This document shows, piece after piece, positions 8,837 through 17,152 of a stretch of 64,000 nt of DNA. The DNA comes from Longimicrobiales bacterium (GTDB lineage: Bacteria; Gemmatimonadota; Gemmatimonadetes; Longimicrobiales; Gaopeijiaceae): contig CBDCNQ010000003.1 of assembly GCA_965219445.1 (NCBI GenBank), positions 160,001 to 224,000 of the forward strand. The letters are read 5' to 3'. Each line of letters opens with the position of its first letter. The first letter of the stretch is position 1. The translations under genes and the position numbers were made by a program. Below the pieces are notes generated by a model. The model was given only the letters and a program-made list of their open reading frames with translations, was not told the origin of the DNA and did no database searches.

Positions 8837-9865
8837 CGCAGCCGCCCCGGTGTGTCTTGGGGCGGAAGTCACGAGAGTCCTGGACTCCGCTGACATCGTC
8901 GAGCTCCTTTGTGCGGTGTGATATACGTGTCTTCCTTCAGAAAACCTCATCTTCGTCCAGCGCGGGCTATCCCCACGCTATGTCCTCAGGCCGGCGATTA
9001 GGCCGCCTCCTCTAGGAACTGGGTCACCACCTGCACCAGCTCCTGCGGTTTGTCCATGTGCACGTAGTGGCCGGACTTGTCGATTACCTCCAGCTTGGCG
9101 TTGGGCAGGTTTTCTACGATCTCCTGCCCCAGCTTGCTGCTGATGAAACGATCGTATTTGCCCCACACCACCAGCACGGGTGTTTGAAGCTCTTGTGCGC
9201 GCGGCTCAAAGTATTCCTGACCCATGCGGAAGTTTTGGAAGTACGAAAGAAACGCCTCTTGGGTGCTCTTACTCACACCATCGGCCAAGAATTCTCGTCG
9301 CACCTCAGCCGGGATGGAGTGCCCCCTGTAAAATCCTTTGAAGTACGAAATTTCGGCTGTGATGCGCGGAAACCAGCGCACCAGGGCCTTGCCGATGATC
9401 GAGCCTTTTTTGGCAAAGCTCTTGAGCTCCCAGGAGGAGTATTGTGGCCGCGGAAACGGAATGCCGTCCATCACCGCCAGCTTGGAGACACGGCTCGGGT
9501 GCTCGAGGCCGACCAGTAGCGAAGGGAGAAGGGCAATGTCTGTGGCCACCAGGTTCGCCTGACGGATCTGAAGCGAGTCCATGAAGTCTACAATCACCTC
9601 CGCAAAGCGGCGTGACGTGTAGTCCTCGGGCGACGTCAACGGATCGCTCCCGCCAAAACCAGGCCAATCGATCGCCAGCACGTGGTACTTTTCGGCCAGG
9701 AGTGGCGCCACAGCGTACCAAGCCTGCAGATTCTCGGGCACGCCATGCAGCAACAACACCGTCGGGTTCGCAGGGTCGCCCAACTCGGCAAACCGGATGT
9801 TGAGATCTTCCTTTTCCAACCGCACGGTCTTGGTAGCCAGCAGACGGTTCGGTTTTTCCATTGTT

Positions 9866-11765
9866 GTGGGCCCGGCATGGGCGATGACTTGGAGGTGAAA
9901 GTCCTCCCGGAACCTGGTCGCAGGGACCGAAGGGAAGCGCAAGGCGTTCGTCGTGAGGCGTACGCTGAACGAAGCGTGAAACGAACCCGTGAGTCGACGA
10001 ACAGGAACCGGATACGAGGCGCTGCGGACCGGGGCGAGCGGACCACTGACCGCGAAGCTCCTGCGACCAAGGGGAAGCGGCGTAGATCCGGCGATTGTGC
10101 GGGGAAGGTCATCGTTCTTACCCGGGGAGGTCTCGCCTGACGCCTGAAAGGGTGACGCCGGCACTGCGCTATCGTGCGTGCCGGCGGAGCGAGAAGTCAG
10201 CAGAGGCCATAGTAGGCCGACGAAGTGCATGATGCGCTTGGACCCAGCTTTGTCGGACGAAGGGCCGAACGGAGAGGAGAGCGTGACGACCGTGGACCTC
10301 GGCAAGGCCATGCGCCAGGAGTCCAGGCAACTGGGGCTCCCACTGGAGGATAGGGGTGAAGCCCCGAAGGTAGAGGGGAGTGGCGAAGCCGGAACGGTGG
10401 CCCATGGAGACGAGCGCTCAGGAAGCGAGCATCTCCTGATGCAGGAGGTGGTCGGGCGTGCCAACCTCGTAGGAGCGTTGAAACGCGTGCGGCAGAATAA
10501 GGGCAGTCCGGGCATCGACGGGATGAACGTGGAGGAGCTGCCAGAGTACTTGCGCAGGCACTGGGGGGAGATCCGACAGCGGTTGCTGGCGGGGACCTAC
10601 CAACCGAAGCCGGTACGAAGGCAGGAGATACCGAAGAGTGGGGGAGGGGTCCGGGAGTTGGGGATTCCGACCGTGCTGGACCGGTTCATCCAACAAGCCA
10701 TCCTGCAGGTGATGCAACCGAGGTTCGACCCGACGTTCAGTCGGCACAGCCACGGCTTCCGGCCTGGGCGCCGAGCACACGATGCGGTGCGCGAAGCGCA
10801 GCACTACATCCAGGAGGGGAGACGATGGGTGGTGGATGTGGACCTGGAGAAGTTTTTCGACCGGGTGAACCACGACGTGCTGATGGGGCGGCTGGCAAAG
10901 CGGATCGAGGATAAGGCGATGCTGCGGATCCTCCGTCGCTACCTACAGGCCGGAGTCATGGCGAACGGGGTGGTGATGGAGCGGCACATGGGGACGCCTC
11001 AGGGCGGACCGTTGTCGCCGTTGCTGGCGAACGTGCTCCTGGACGAAGTGGACCAGGAGTTGGAGCTACGCGGACACGCGTTTGTCCGGTACGCCGATGA
11101 CTGCAATGTATACGTGCGGTCGAGGCGGGCAGGACAACGTGTGATGCAGGCGCTGAGGCACCTGTACGGGAAACTTCGGCTTCAGGTCAACGAGGAAAAG
11201 AGCGCGGTGGCGCGAGTGTGGGATCGACAGTTCCTGGGCTACAGCTTCTGGGTAGCGGCAGGGAAGGTCGTGAAGCGCCGGGTCAGCAAGAAGGCCCTGA
11301 CGAAGTTCAAAGAGCGAGTCCGGCAGATTACAAGCCGGAGCGGCGGGCGGAGCCTGCAACAGGTGGCGGAAGAGCTACGGAGCTACGTGCTGGGGTGGAA
11401 GGCATACTTCGGCTTAGCGGACACACCGGGGGGTTTCCGAGACCTGGACCAATGGATCCACCGCCGGCTGCGTACATTGCAATTACGCCAGTGGAAACGA
11501 GGAAGGACAGCGTACCGGGAGTTGAGGGCTCGCGGTGTGAGCGAGAACCTCGCCTGGCGAGCTGCTCGGTTCGCGCGAAGCTGGTGGCACGTGGCTGCGC
11601 ACCACGCCCTGCACACGGCCTTGCCGGGGGCGTACTTCGACGAGCTGGGTGTGCCCCGGCTCACGCCGTACTGACCTCAACTCACCGAACCGCCAGGTGC
11701 GGACCCGCATGCCTGGTGGTGTGGGAGGGGAAGGACCGGGAACGCCGGTCCTCCCCTATCCCGAT
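9866..11765 (+). mobile_element. Group II intron, class C (IIC)
   Basis: 5' end GTGGGCCCGGCATGGG. Domain V AACCGCCAGGTGCGGACCCGCATGCCTGGTGGT with CGC triad at ~11688-11720. Domain VI ends CCCCTATCCCGAT. Removing it restores the host ORF. Confidence 0.93.
10283..11674 (+). CDS. ltrA: Group II intron reverse transcriptase/maturase without HNH endonuclease domain
   Basis: NKGSPGIDG, RELGIPTVLDR, DLEKFFD, GTPQGGPLSPLLAN, RYADD, maturase X domain; GTG start after GGAGAGGAGA. Confidence 0.95.
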   Translation: MTTVDLGKAMRQESRQLGLPLEDRGEAPKVEGSGEAGTVAHGDERSGSEHLLMQEVVGRANLVGALKRVRQNKGSPGIDGMNVEELPEYLRRHWGEIRQRLLAGTYQPKPVRRQEIPKSGGGVRELGIPTVLDRFIQQAILQVMQPRFDPTFSRHSHGFRPGRRAHDAVREAQHYIQEGRRWVVDVDLEKFFDRVNHDVLMGRLAKRIEDKAMLRILRRYLQAGVMANGVVMERHMGTPQGGPLSPLLANVLLDEVDQELELRGHAFVRYADDCNVYVRSRRAGQRVMQALRHLYGKLRLQVNEEKSAVARVWDRQFLGYSFWVAAGKVVKRRVSKKALTKFKERVRQITSRSGGRSLQQVAEELRSYVLGWKAYFGLADTPGGFRDLDQWIHRRLRTLQLRQWKRGRTAYRELRARGVSENLAWRAARFARSWWHVAAHHALHTALPGAYFDELGVPRLTPY

Positions 11766-11876
11766 CCGCGGCGATCGGTGTTCAATGGTGTTTTTTCCGA
11801 TCGAGCTAAGAGTCCGGCGTCACTCGTGTTCATGTTTCCTCTCCTTGGTTTGGGATACTGATAACTCGAGTTTCAT

Positions 11877-12407
11877 CTAGGCCGCGAAGATTCTTACCGC
11901 ACGCCGATAAGAGACAGCTTGCGAGAGAAATCCAAACAGTACAGGCAAGGCGTAAACCTGAGCTAGCAGCGCCGTGGGTGCCGCACCGATGCCACCGGTA
12001 CTCAATGACGCCTCAGCCAGGATAATGGCCGAATTGATGGTTCCGATAATCAATCCAATTGTCACAGCCCTTGCGGGAATCCCATGTAGAAAAGCGGTTG
12101 CGACAAGATTCTCCGTCGTCTCGGGTATATGCTCTTTTTTGGCATCCCCCCAGGCCCGCCGGATAGCCGTGAGTTGCGAGATCGCAATGACTACGAAAGG
12201 GGTCACATATGCCAAAAGCAGAGGCACAATCTGAATCGTGTCGGATCCAAAGAGCGCATCGAATTGATTGATCCACGTCAGTGCGCTGCCAATGATCAGA
12301 GCGAGTATCGCTGAGCGGCGTAGCACGCCGCCCGTCAATTGGGCTGACTCAGGGAGACCCCAGCGTTGCCGGTTTTCCGAATGCCCTGTGCTGGTTCCTG
12401 TTTTCAT
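11877..12407 (-). CDS. Membrane protein with two NrtS-like repeats
   Basis: RRSAILALIIGSALTWINQ..YVTPF and RAVTIGLIIGTINSAI..YALP internal duplication. Confidence 0.65.
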   Translation of the reverse strand: MKTGTSTGHSENRQRWGLPESAQLTGGVLRRSAILALIIGSALTWINQFDALFGSDTIQIVPLLLAYVTPFVVIAISQLTAIRRAWGDAKKEHIPETTENLVATAFLHGIPARAVTIGLIIGTINSAIILAEASLSTGGIGAAPTALLAQVYALPVLFGFLSQAVSYRRAVRIFAA

Positions 12408-12428
12408 CTTTCGATATGCTCCAGTAAG

Positions 12429-12440
12429 GTGTATATACAC
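12429..12440. promoter_or_regulatory. Palindrome GTGTATATACAC, candidate MarR operator
   Basis: Perfect 12-bp palindrome upstream of the membrane gene; identical copy at 12926-12937. Confidence 0.7.
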
Positions 12441-12459
12441 TTAATCGTTCAAAAAAACT

Positions 12460-12921
12460 TCACCCGTTTTGCACCACGCCAATCGTTGTCTCTAGATCAT
12501 CCAGAAAGGCTGACCAACGCTTCTGACCAAGACCGTCGACTAGCCGGGACTGCGCCTCTCGCCAATAGGGAAGGGCATCTTCAAGCACTGTCTTCCCCTC
12601 GTCCGTTAGGCTGACGATGCGCACCCGTTGATCCTCGTCCTGTTCAATGCGGACCAGTCGCTTCTCAACGAGTGGCCTGAGATTTCGCGTTAACGTCGTA
12701 CGGTCCATAACAAGGGCGTCTGCCAACTGCGTCAGTGGTGTATCTCCCAGTCTCGCCAGTGCCGAGATCACGGTGAATTGGGTTACCTGCAGGCCAACCG
12801 GCCGCAAGCCGGCGTTATAGACTTGCGTCACCGATCGCGTTGCTTTGCGCAAGTTTGCGATTGTGCAATTCGCTCGATCCAGGGCATTGCGACTCTGATT
12901 TGCAGGTTTCTTGGTGGTCAT
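12460..12921 (-). CDS. MarR-family transcriptional regulator
   Basis: CTIANLRKATRSVTQVY..LADALVMDRTTLTRNL..DQRVRIVSLTDEG winged HTH. Confidence 0.93.
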   Translation of the reverse strand: MTTKKPANQSRNALDRANCTIANLRKATRSVTQVYNAGLRPVGLQVTQFTVISALARLGDTPLTQLADALVMDRTTLTRNLRPLVEKRLVRIEQDEDQRVRIVSLTDEGKTVLEDALPYWREAQSRLVDGLGQKRWSAFLDDLETTIGVVQNG

Positions 12922-12925
12922 TTAC

Positions 12926-12937
12926 GTGTATATACAC
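12926..12937. promoter_or_regulatory. Palindrome GTGTATATACAC, candidate MarR autoregulatory operator
   Basis: Perfect palindrome 4 bp upstream of the marR ATG. Confidence 0.7.
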
Positions 12938-12991
12938 TATTTGGCCTTGCCTGTCAAGACAAGGGTTTTGATCGGGTCGGTGCAGAGAAAC

Positions 12992-13106
12992 CTGTAACAC
13001 AACCTGTATCATCGCCCACCAGCGCTGGCTGGCGCCCACCAGCGCAGAATCCGGGAAAACCCCTAATTCCAGCGCCCACGAGCGCTCACGAGCGCTCGAC
13101 TCATAT
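12992..13106 (+). repeat. 115-bp direct repeat, copy 1 (att-arm-like)
   Basis: 112/115 identical to 15678-15792. Contains CTGTAACA/CTGTATCA and four CGC(C/T)CAC(C/G)AGCG sub-repeats. Abuts a tRNA anticodon loop. Confidence 0.95.
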
Positions 13107-13148
13107 CTGATAAGCGTGAGGTCGGTAGTTCGAGTCTACCCAGGCCCA
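13107..13148 (+). other. tRNA-Ile(GAU) 3' half starting exactly at the anticodon loop (attR-like scar)
   Basis: CTGATAAGCGTGAGGTCGGTAGTTCGAGTCTACCCAGGCCCA: anticodon loop CTGATAA, T-arm GGTAG-TTCGAGT-CTACC, acceptor 3' strand; 5' half absent. Confidence 0.9.
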
Positions 13149-13374
13149 TTGATGGAAATTGAAGCCCCCCAACGCCTTCGGGTCTTGCGGACAGAAACGC
13201 CGCACCTTTCGTTCGGGATGCGAGGCGCTTGTCGTCGACGCGTGGTCCACCGGAGGCCTCGCGGTTGCCCCCTTGTCGTTCCCGATCTACGATTCGCGAA
13301 TTCATCGCGTTGTGACGCCCATGAGGGTTACAGCGCCGTTCTATGACCTCGGGGAATCAGGAGCAACGAGCATC

Positions 13375-15546
13375 ATGAAAGTCGACCCTCGACCCTTCCG
13401 CATGCGGACTCTCCTGCTTTGCGTCGGCCTCGCCTCGGCGGCCTCGATGGCGACGGCGGCTCCGGCGTCCGCTCAGGTCCAGACGGGGACCGAGAACGGC
13501 GAGTGGCGCTATGTCGGCGGCAACGCCGGGCACACCCGCTACTCACCTCTTGAGCAGATCAACGCCGCCAACTTCGCGGATCTCGAGGTGGCGTGGATTT
13601 GGCGGGGGGACAACTTCGGCCCCAACGTCGACTACTTTTTCCGGTCCACGCCGCTCTACGTCGATGGAGTGGTCTACACGATTGCCACGCCGCGCCGGCA
13701 GGTGGTCGCGATGGACCCCGCCACGGGCGAGACGCTCTGGGTGTTCCGCGAGCCCGAGACGGTCAGGCACCTGCGGTCCCCCAGGCAGGCCTACGGCAAG
13801 GGCGTCGCTTATGCCGAGGTGGACGGTCGCGGCGTGATCTTCGTCATTACCCCCGCGTTCTTCCTCTGGGCTCTCGACGCCAAAACAGGACTGCCCCTGG
13901 AGGATTGGGGCACCCCCATACCGCTGGACGATTTCCCGCAGACCGGGGGCGTCGATCTGATCCCTGGTCTCGTCGGGGACTGGGGCCGCTGGCAGGACTA
14001 TCTCGCCCAGGGCAACATCTACGACCCGGACCACGGGATTCCGAGAGAACTCGGCATGGTCAGCAGCTCGGCGCCGCCGATCGTGGTCAACGGTGTGGTA
14101 GTCGTAGGCACCGGCCACGAGGCCAGCTATAACCAGACCCGGATCGAGAATGTCCCGGGTGATATCCAGGGCTACGATGCCAGAACAGGAGAGTTTCTCT
14201 GGAAGTTCCACATCATCCCCCGGCCCGGCGAGTTCGGGCACGAGACGTGGGAGAACGACGCCTGGCAGTGGTCCGGGGACATGTCGCAATGGGCTCTCGC
14301 GTCCGCCGACCCGGAGCTGGGACTCGTCTACATGGTGACGAACGCCTCGACCGTGCAGACGTACACGGGCCAGCGCCCCGGAGACAACCTCTTCGGGGGC
14401 AGCGTCATCGCGTTGGACGTGAGGACCGGCGAGCGGCGATGGCACTTCCAGATTCACCACAGCGACCAGTGGAACTACGACCTGCCGACCCCGCCCATGC
14501 TGATGGACCTGACGGTGGACGGGGAGGTAATCCCGGCGTTGGTACAGAACACCAAGCAAGGCCTCGTCTTCGCGTTCAACCGGGAGACCGGTGAGCCCAT
14601 TTGGCCGATTGAGGAGCGCCCGGTCATCCAGACCGAGGTCCCCGGCAATTACACCGCGGTCACGCAGCCCTATCCGACCCTGCCGGAACCGTTGGACGAC
14701 ATCGTGTTGAACGGACTCACTGAGGAGTTCGTCATCGACTACACGCCGGATCTGGAGGCTCAGGCGCAGATCATACTGAGTCAGTTCCGGATCGGGGGCC
14801 TCTACGTGCCGCCGCTTCCCTACAATCATGACAACGGCTTCCGCAACAATGTCGGCTGCCAAGGGGCCGGAAACGTCATCCCGCACCCCCCGGTCGCGGA
14901 TCCCACTACGGGCACGATATACGCAAACCACCACCGGAACTGCAGCGCCCCCGCGTTCATGCAGCCCACGGATGGGGAGGCCGCGGATATCCCGGAGTAT
15001 GCTTCGCCTGGTGCTGGCTACTCCACCCCCACCTTTACTCCGACGACGGGCACGACCGTGGCGGCGTGGTTGCCAGGCGGCGGGCCCGTGCAGCGCCGCG
15101 AGCCGCTTCCGAGGATCGAGGGCCTGCGGCTCTGGAAGCCGATGGACAACCAGCTCACCGCCATGGATATGAACAGAGGCCGGCGGACCTGGTCGGTGCC
15201 GGTCGGCGAGACCCCCGAGGAGATCCGGGACCACCCTCTTCTAGCGGGAGTGGACGTTCCCAATACGGGAGGCACCGGCTTTTCGATCCAGATGGTGACG
15301 GGGAGCGTCTTGGTCCAGACCAGGGCGTACAGCTCGGGGCCTGGGCAGTCGGTTCCCGACGAGCCGTTCGAGCTCCACGCGCGCGACAAGGGGACCGGCG
15401 AGATCCTGGCGAGCGTCGAGCTCCCGGCCCCCGGCCAGTACGGGATGATGACCTACATGCACGAGGGCAAACAGTACATCGTGGTGCAGATCGGTAACGT
15501 CCACGTAGACTTTCCGGGCTCGCTGGTGGCGCTGACTCTGCCCTGA
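13375..15546 (+). CDS. PQQ-binding beta-propeller dehydrogenase (quinoprotein glucose dehydrogenase-like), secreted
   Basis: Signal peptide, [50 protein letters not shown]. Confidence 0.9.
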   Translation: MKVDPRPFRMRTLLLCVGLASAASMATAAPASAQVQTGTENGEWRYVGGNAGHTRYSPLEQINAANFADLEVAWIWRGDNFGPNVDYFFRSTPLYVDGVVYTIATPRRQVVAMDPATGETLWVFREPETVRHLRSPRQAYGKGVAYAEVDGRGVIFVITPAFFLWALDAKTGLPLEDWGTPIPLDDFPQTGGVDLIPGLVGDWGRWQDYLAQGNIYDPDHGIPRELGMVSSSAPPIVVNGVVVVGTGHEASYNQTRIENVPGDIQGYDARTGEFLWKFHIIPRPGEFGHETWENDAWQWSGDMSQWALASADPELGLVYMVTNASTVQTYTGQRPGDNLFGGSVIALDVRTGERRWHFQIHHSDQWNYDLPTPPMLMDLTVDGEVIPALVQNTKQGLVFAFNRETGEPIWPIEERPVIQTEVPGNYTAVTQPYPTLPEPLDDIVLNGLTEEFVIDYTPDLEAQAQIILSQFRIGGLYVPPLPYNHDNGFRNNVGCQGAGNVIPHPPVADPTTGTIYANHHRNCSAPAFMQPTDGEAADIPEYASPGAGYSTPTFTPTTGTTVAAWLPGGGPVQRREPLPRIEGLRLWKPMDNQLTAMDMNRGRRTWSVPVGETPEEIRDHPLLAGVDVPNTGGTGFSIQMVTGSVLVQTRAYSSGPGQSVPDEPFELHARDKGTGEILASVELPAPGQYGMMTYMHEGKQYIVVQIGNVHVDFPGSLVALTLP

Positions 15547-15677
15547 TTCGTGCCCAGCATCCCCCGGGCTCCGTCCAGTTCCACGAGGCGACCCATCTCA
15601 CGGCCGCCGACCGCGACCTGATGCAGCAGATGCGTCTAAGGCGGGTGCGAGGGCAACCGCTCCGTGCTGGGCCGAAG

Positions 15678-15792
15678 CTGTAACACAACCTGTATCATCG
15701 CCCACCAGCGCTGGCCAGCGCCCACCAGCGCAGAATCCGGGAAAACCCCTAATTCCAGCGCCCACGAGCGCCCACGAGCGCTCGACTCATAT
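15678..15792 (+). repeat. 115-bp direct repeat, copy 2
   Basis: 112/115 identical to 12992-13106. Its last bases supply the stop codon of the convergent TolB-like gene. Confidence 0.95.
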
Positions 15793-17010
15793 GGGCAGGA
15801 GCGCGTCGGGGACAAGCGCCCAACTGGATCTGAAGTCGAACGCCGCGTTATTCGTGAGGTTCGTCTGGTTCAAGCCGTCGGCGTCCATCACGTAGATCTC
15901 ATAGTTCCCGTCGCGGTTGCTCGAGAAAGCGATCTTCGAGCTGTCCGGCGACCAGGCGGGAAATGCGTCCAACGCTGCGTTGTTAGTGAGGTTCACTGGG
16001 TTCGAGCCGTCGGCATCCATCACGTAGATCTCGTTGTTCCCGTCGCGGAAGCTAACGAAAACGATCTTCGAGCCGTCCGGCGACCATGAAGGCGCGGAGT
16101 CGAGCGACGCGTTGTTCGTGAGGTTCATCTGGTTCGAGCCGTCGGCGTTCATTACGTAGATCTCGTCGTTCCCGTCACGGTCGCTCGAGAAAGCGATCTT
16201 CGAGCCGTCCGGCGACCATGAAGGCAAAACCTCGAAACCCGTGGGATCCGTGTTGTTCGTGAGCCTCACCGGGTTCGAGCCGTCGGCGTCCATCACGTAG
16301 ATTGCATAGTTCACGCCGCGGTTGCTGTCAAAAGCGATCTTCGAGCCGTCCGGCGACCACACGGGATTATTGTCATCGACCCCAAGATTGTTCGTGAGCC
16401 TCATCAGGTTCGAGCCGTTGGCGTTCATTACGTAGATCTCGCCGTTCCCGTCGCGGTCGCTCGAGAAAGCGATCTCCGAGCCGTCCGGCGACCATGAAGG
16501 CCCGGAGTCGAACGCCTCGTTGTTAGTGAGCCTCGCCGGGTTCAAGCCGTCGGCGTCCATCACGTAGATCTCATCGTTCCCGTCGCGGTCGCTCGAGAAA
16601 GCGATCTCGGAAACAAGGACAAGCGGGCTCACAGTGATCGACAGCGCCTTCGTCGCGCTCTGACCGTCCCCGCTCACAACCCCCACGGTGAAGTTCTGGG
16701 TTTCGAGCACCGTCGGGGTTCCGCTGACCTGACCGCTCGCCGCGTTCAAGCTCAGACCCGTCGGTAGCGACCCGACCGTGACAGACCACGTGTAACTACC
16801 GTCCCCGCCGGTGGCAGCGAGCGTCTGACTGTAGGCAACAGTCTGTGCTGCGTTCGATAGCACCGTCGTTGTGACAGCCAGCGTCGCGAAACTTGGACCC
16901 ATAGTGTCATCGTTGCCTCCACAGCCCAGCGGGAGAAGAAGCAAGCTCGCGACGAAAAGAACTCTGCGGCCCGAGAGGGCGGCATTTAGGCGGATGATGG
17001 GATCGGACAT
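15787..17010 (-). CDS. Lipoprotein with putative Ig domain and six TolB/PD40 repeats
   Basis: LLLLPLGC lipobox; [22 protein letters not shown] Ig-like domain; six ~44-aa [30 protein letters not shown] repeats. Confidence 0.9.
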   Translation of the reverse strand: MSDPIIRLNAALSGRRVLFVASLLLLPLGCGGNDDTMGPSFATLAVTTTVLSNAAQTVAYSQTLAATGGDGSYTWSVTVGSLPTGLSLNAASGQVSGTPTVLETQNFTVGVVSGDGQSATKALSITVSPLVLVSEIAFSSDRDGNDEIYVMDADGLNPARLTNNEAFDSGPSWSPDGSEIAFSSDRDGNGEIYVMNANGSNLMRLTNNLGVDDNNPVWSPDGSKIAFDSNRGVNYAIYVMDADGSNPVRLTNNTDPTGFEVLPSWSPDGSKIAFSSDRDGNDEIYVMNADGSNQMNLTNNASLDSAPSWSPDGSKIVFVSFRDGNNEIYVMDADGSNPVNLTNNAALDAFPAWSPDSSKIAFSSNRDGNYEIYVMDADGLNQTNLTNNAAFDFRSSWALVPDALLPI

Positions 17011-17152
17011 GGGCGCACTCCAGGATCAGACCGCCGTCAACATCCGAGAGTGGGCCGGTGGGCGCAAGCGGAAGCACGTCACACGGCCAGAATCGCCGCT
17101 ACAGCAACACCAACGGCAGCCCCAGCACGAAGAGCGCCGGACGTAATATCGG

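Larger units (their letters stand above)
8998..11833 (-). pseudogene. Alpha/beta-fold hydrolase (epoxide hydrolase/haloalkane dehalogenase-like) interrupted at codon 23 by an antisense group II intron
   Basis: 11833-11766 (MNTSDAGLLARSEKTPLNTDRR-G, RBS AAGGAGAGG) joins in frame to 9865-8998 (TMEKP..LLHGVPE..IDWPGFGGS..ATDIA..VWGKYD..SGHYVH). Confidence 0.88.

Noticed and set aside
8998..10515. 505-aa ORF as a real protein
   Set aside because: Its first ~215 residues are antisense intron sequence; the true N-terminus is at 11833-11766.
13107..13148. Functional tRNA-Ile gene
   Set aside because: The 5' acceptor strand, D-arm and 5' anticodon stem are missing.
12992..15792. CRISPR array
   Set aside because: Only two long repeats 2.7 kb apart, internal sub-repeats lack unique spacers, and no cas genes are present.
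10283..16612. Diversity-generating retroelement or retron (RT near repeated surface-protein sequence)
   Set aside because: The RT lies inside a full group IIC intron with domains V/VI and has YADD plus a maturase domain; no TR/VR pair with adenine-specific differences was seen.
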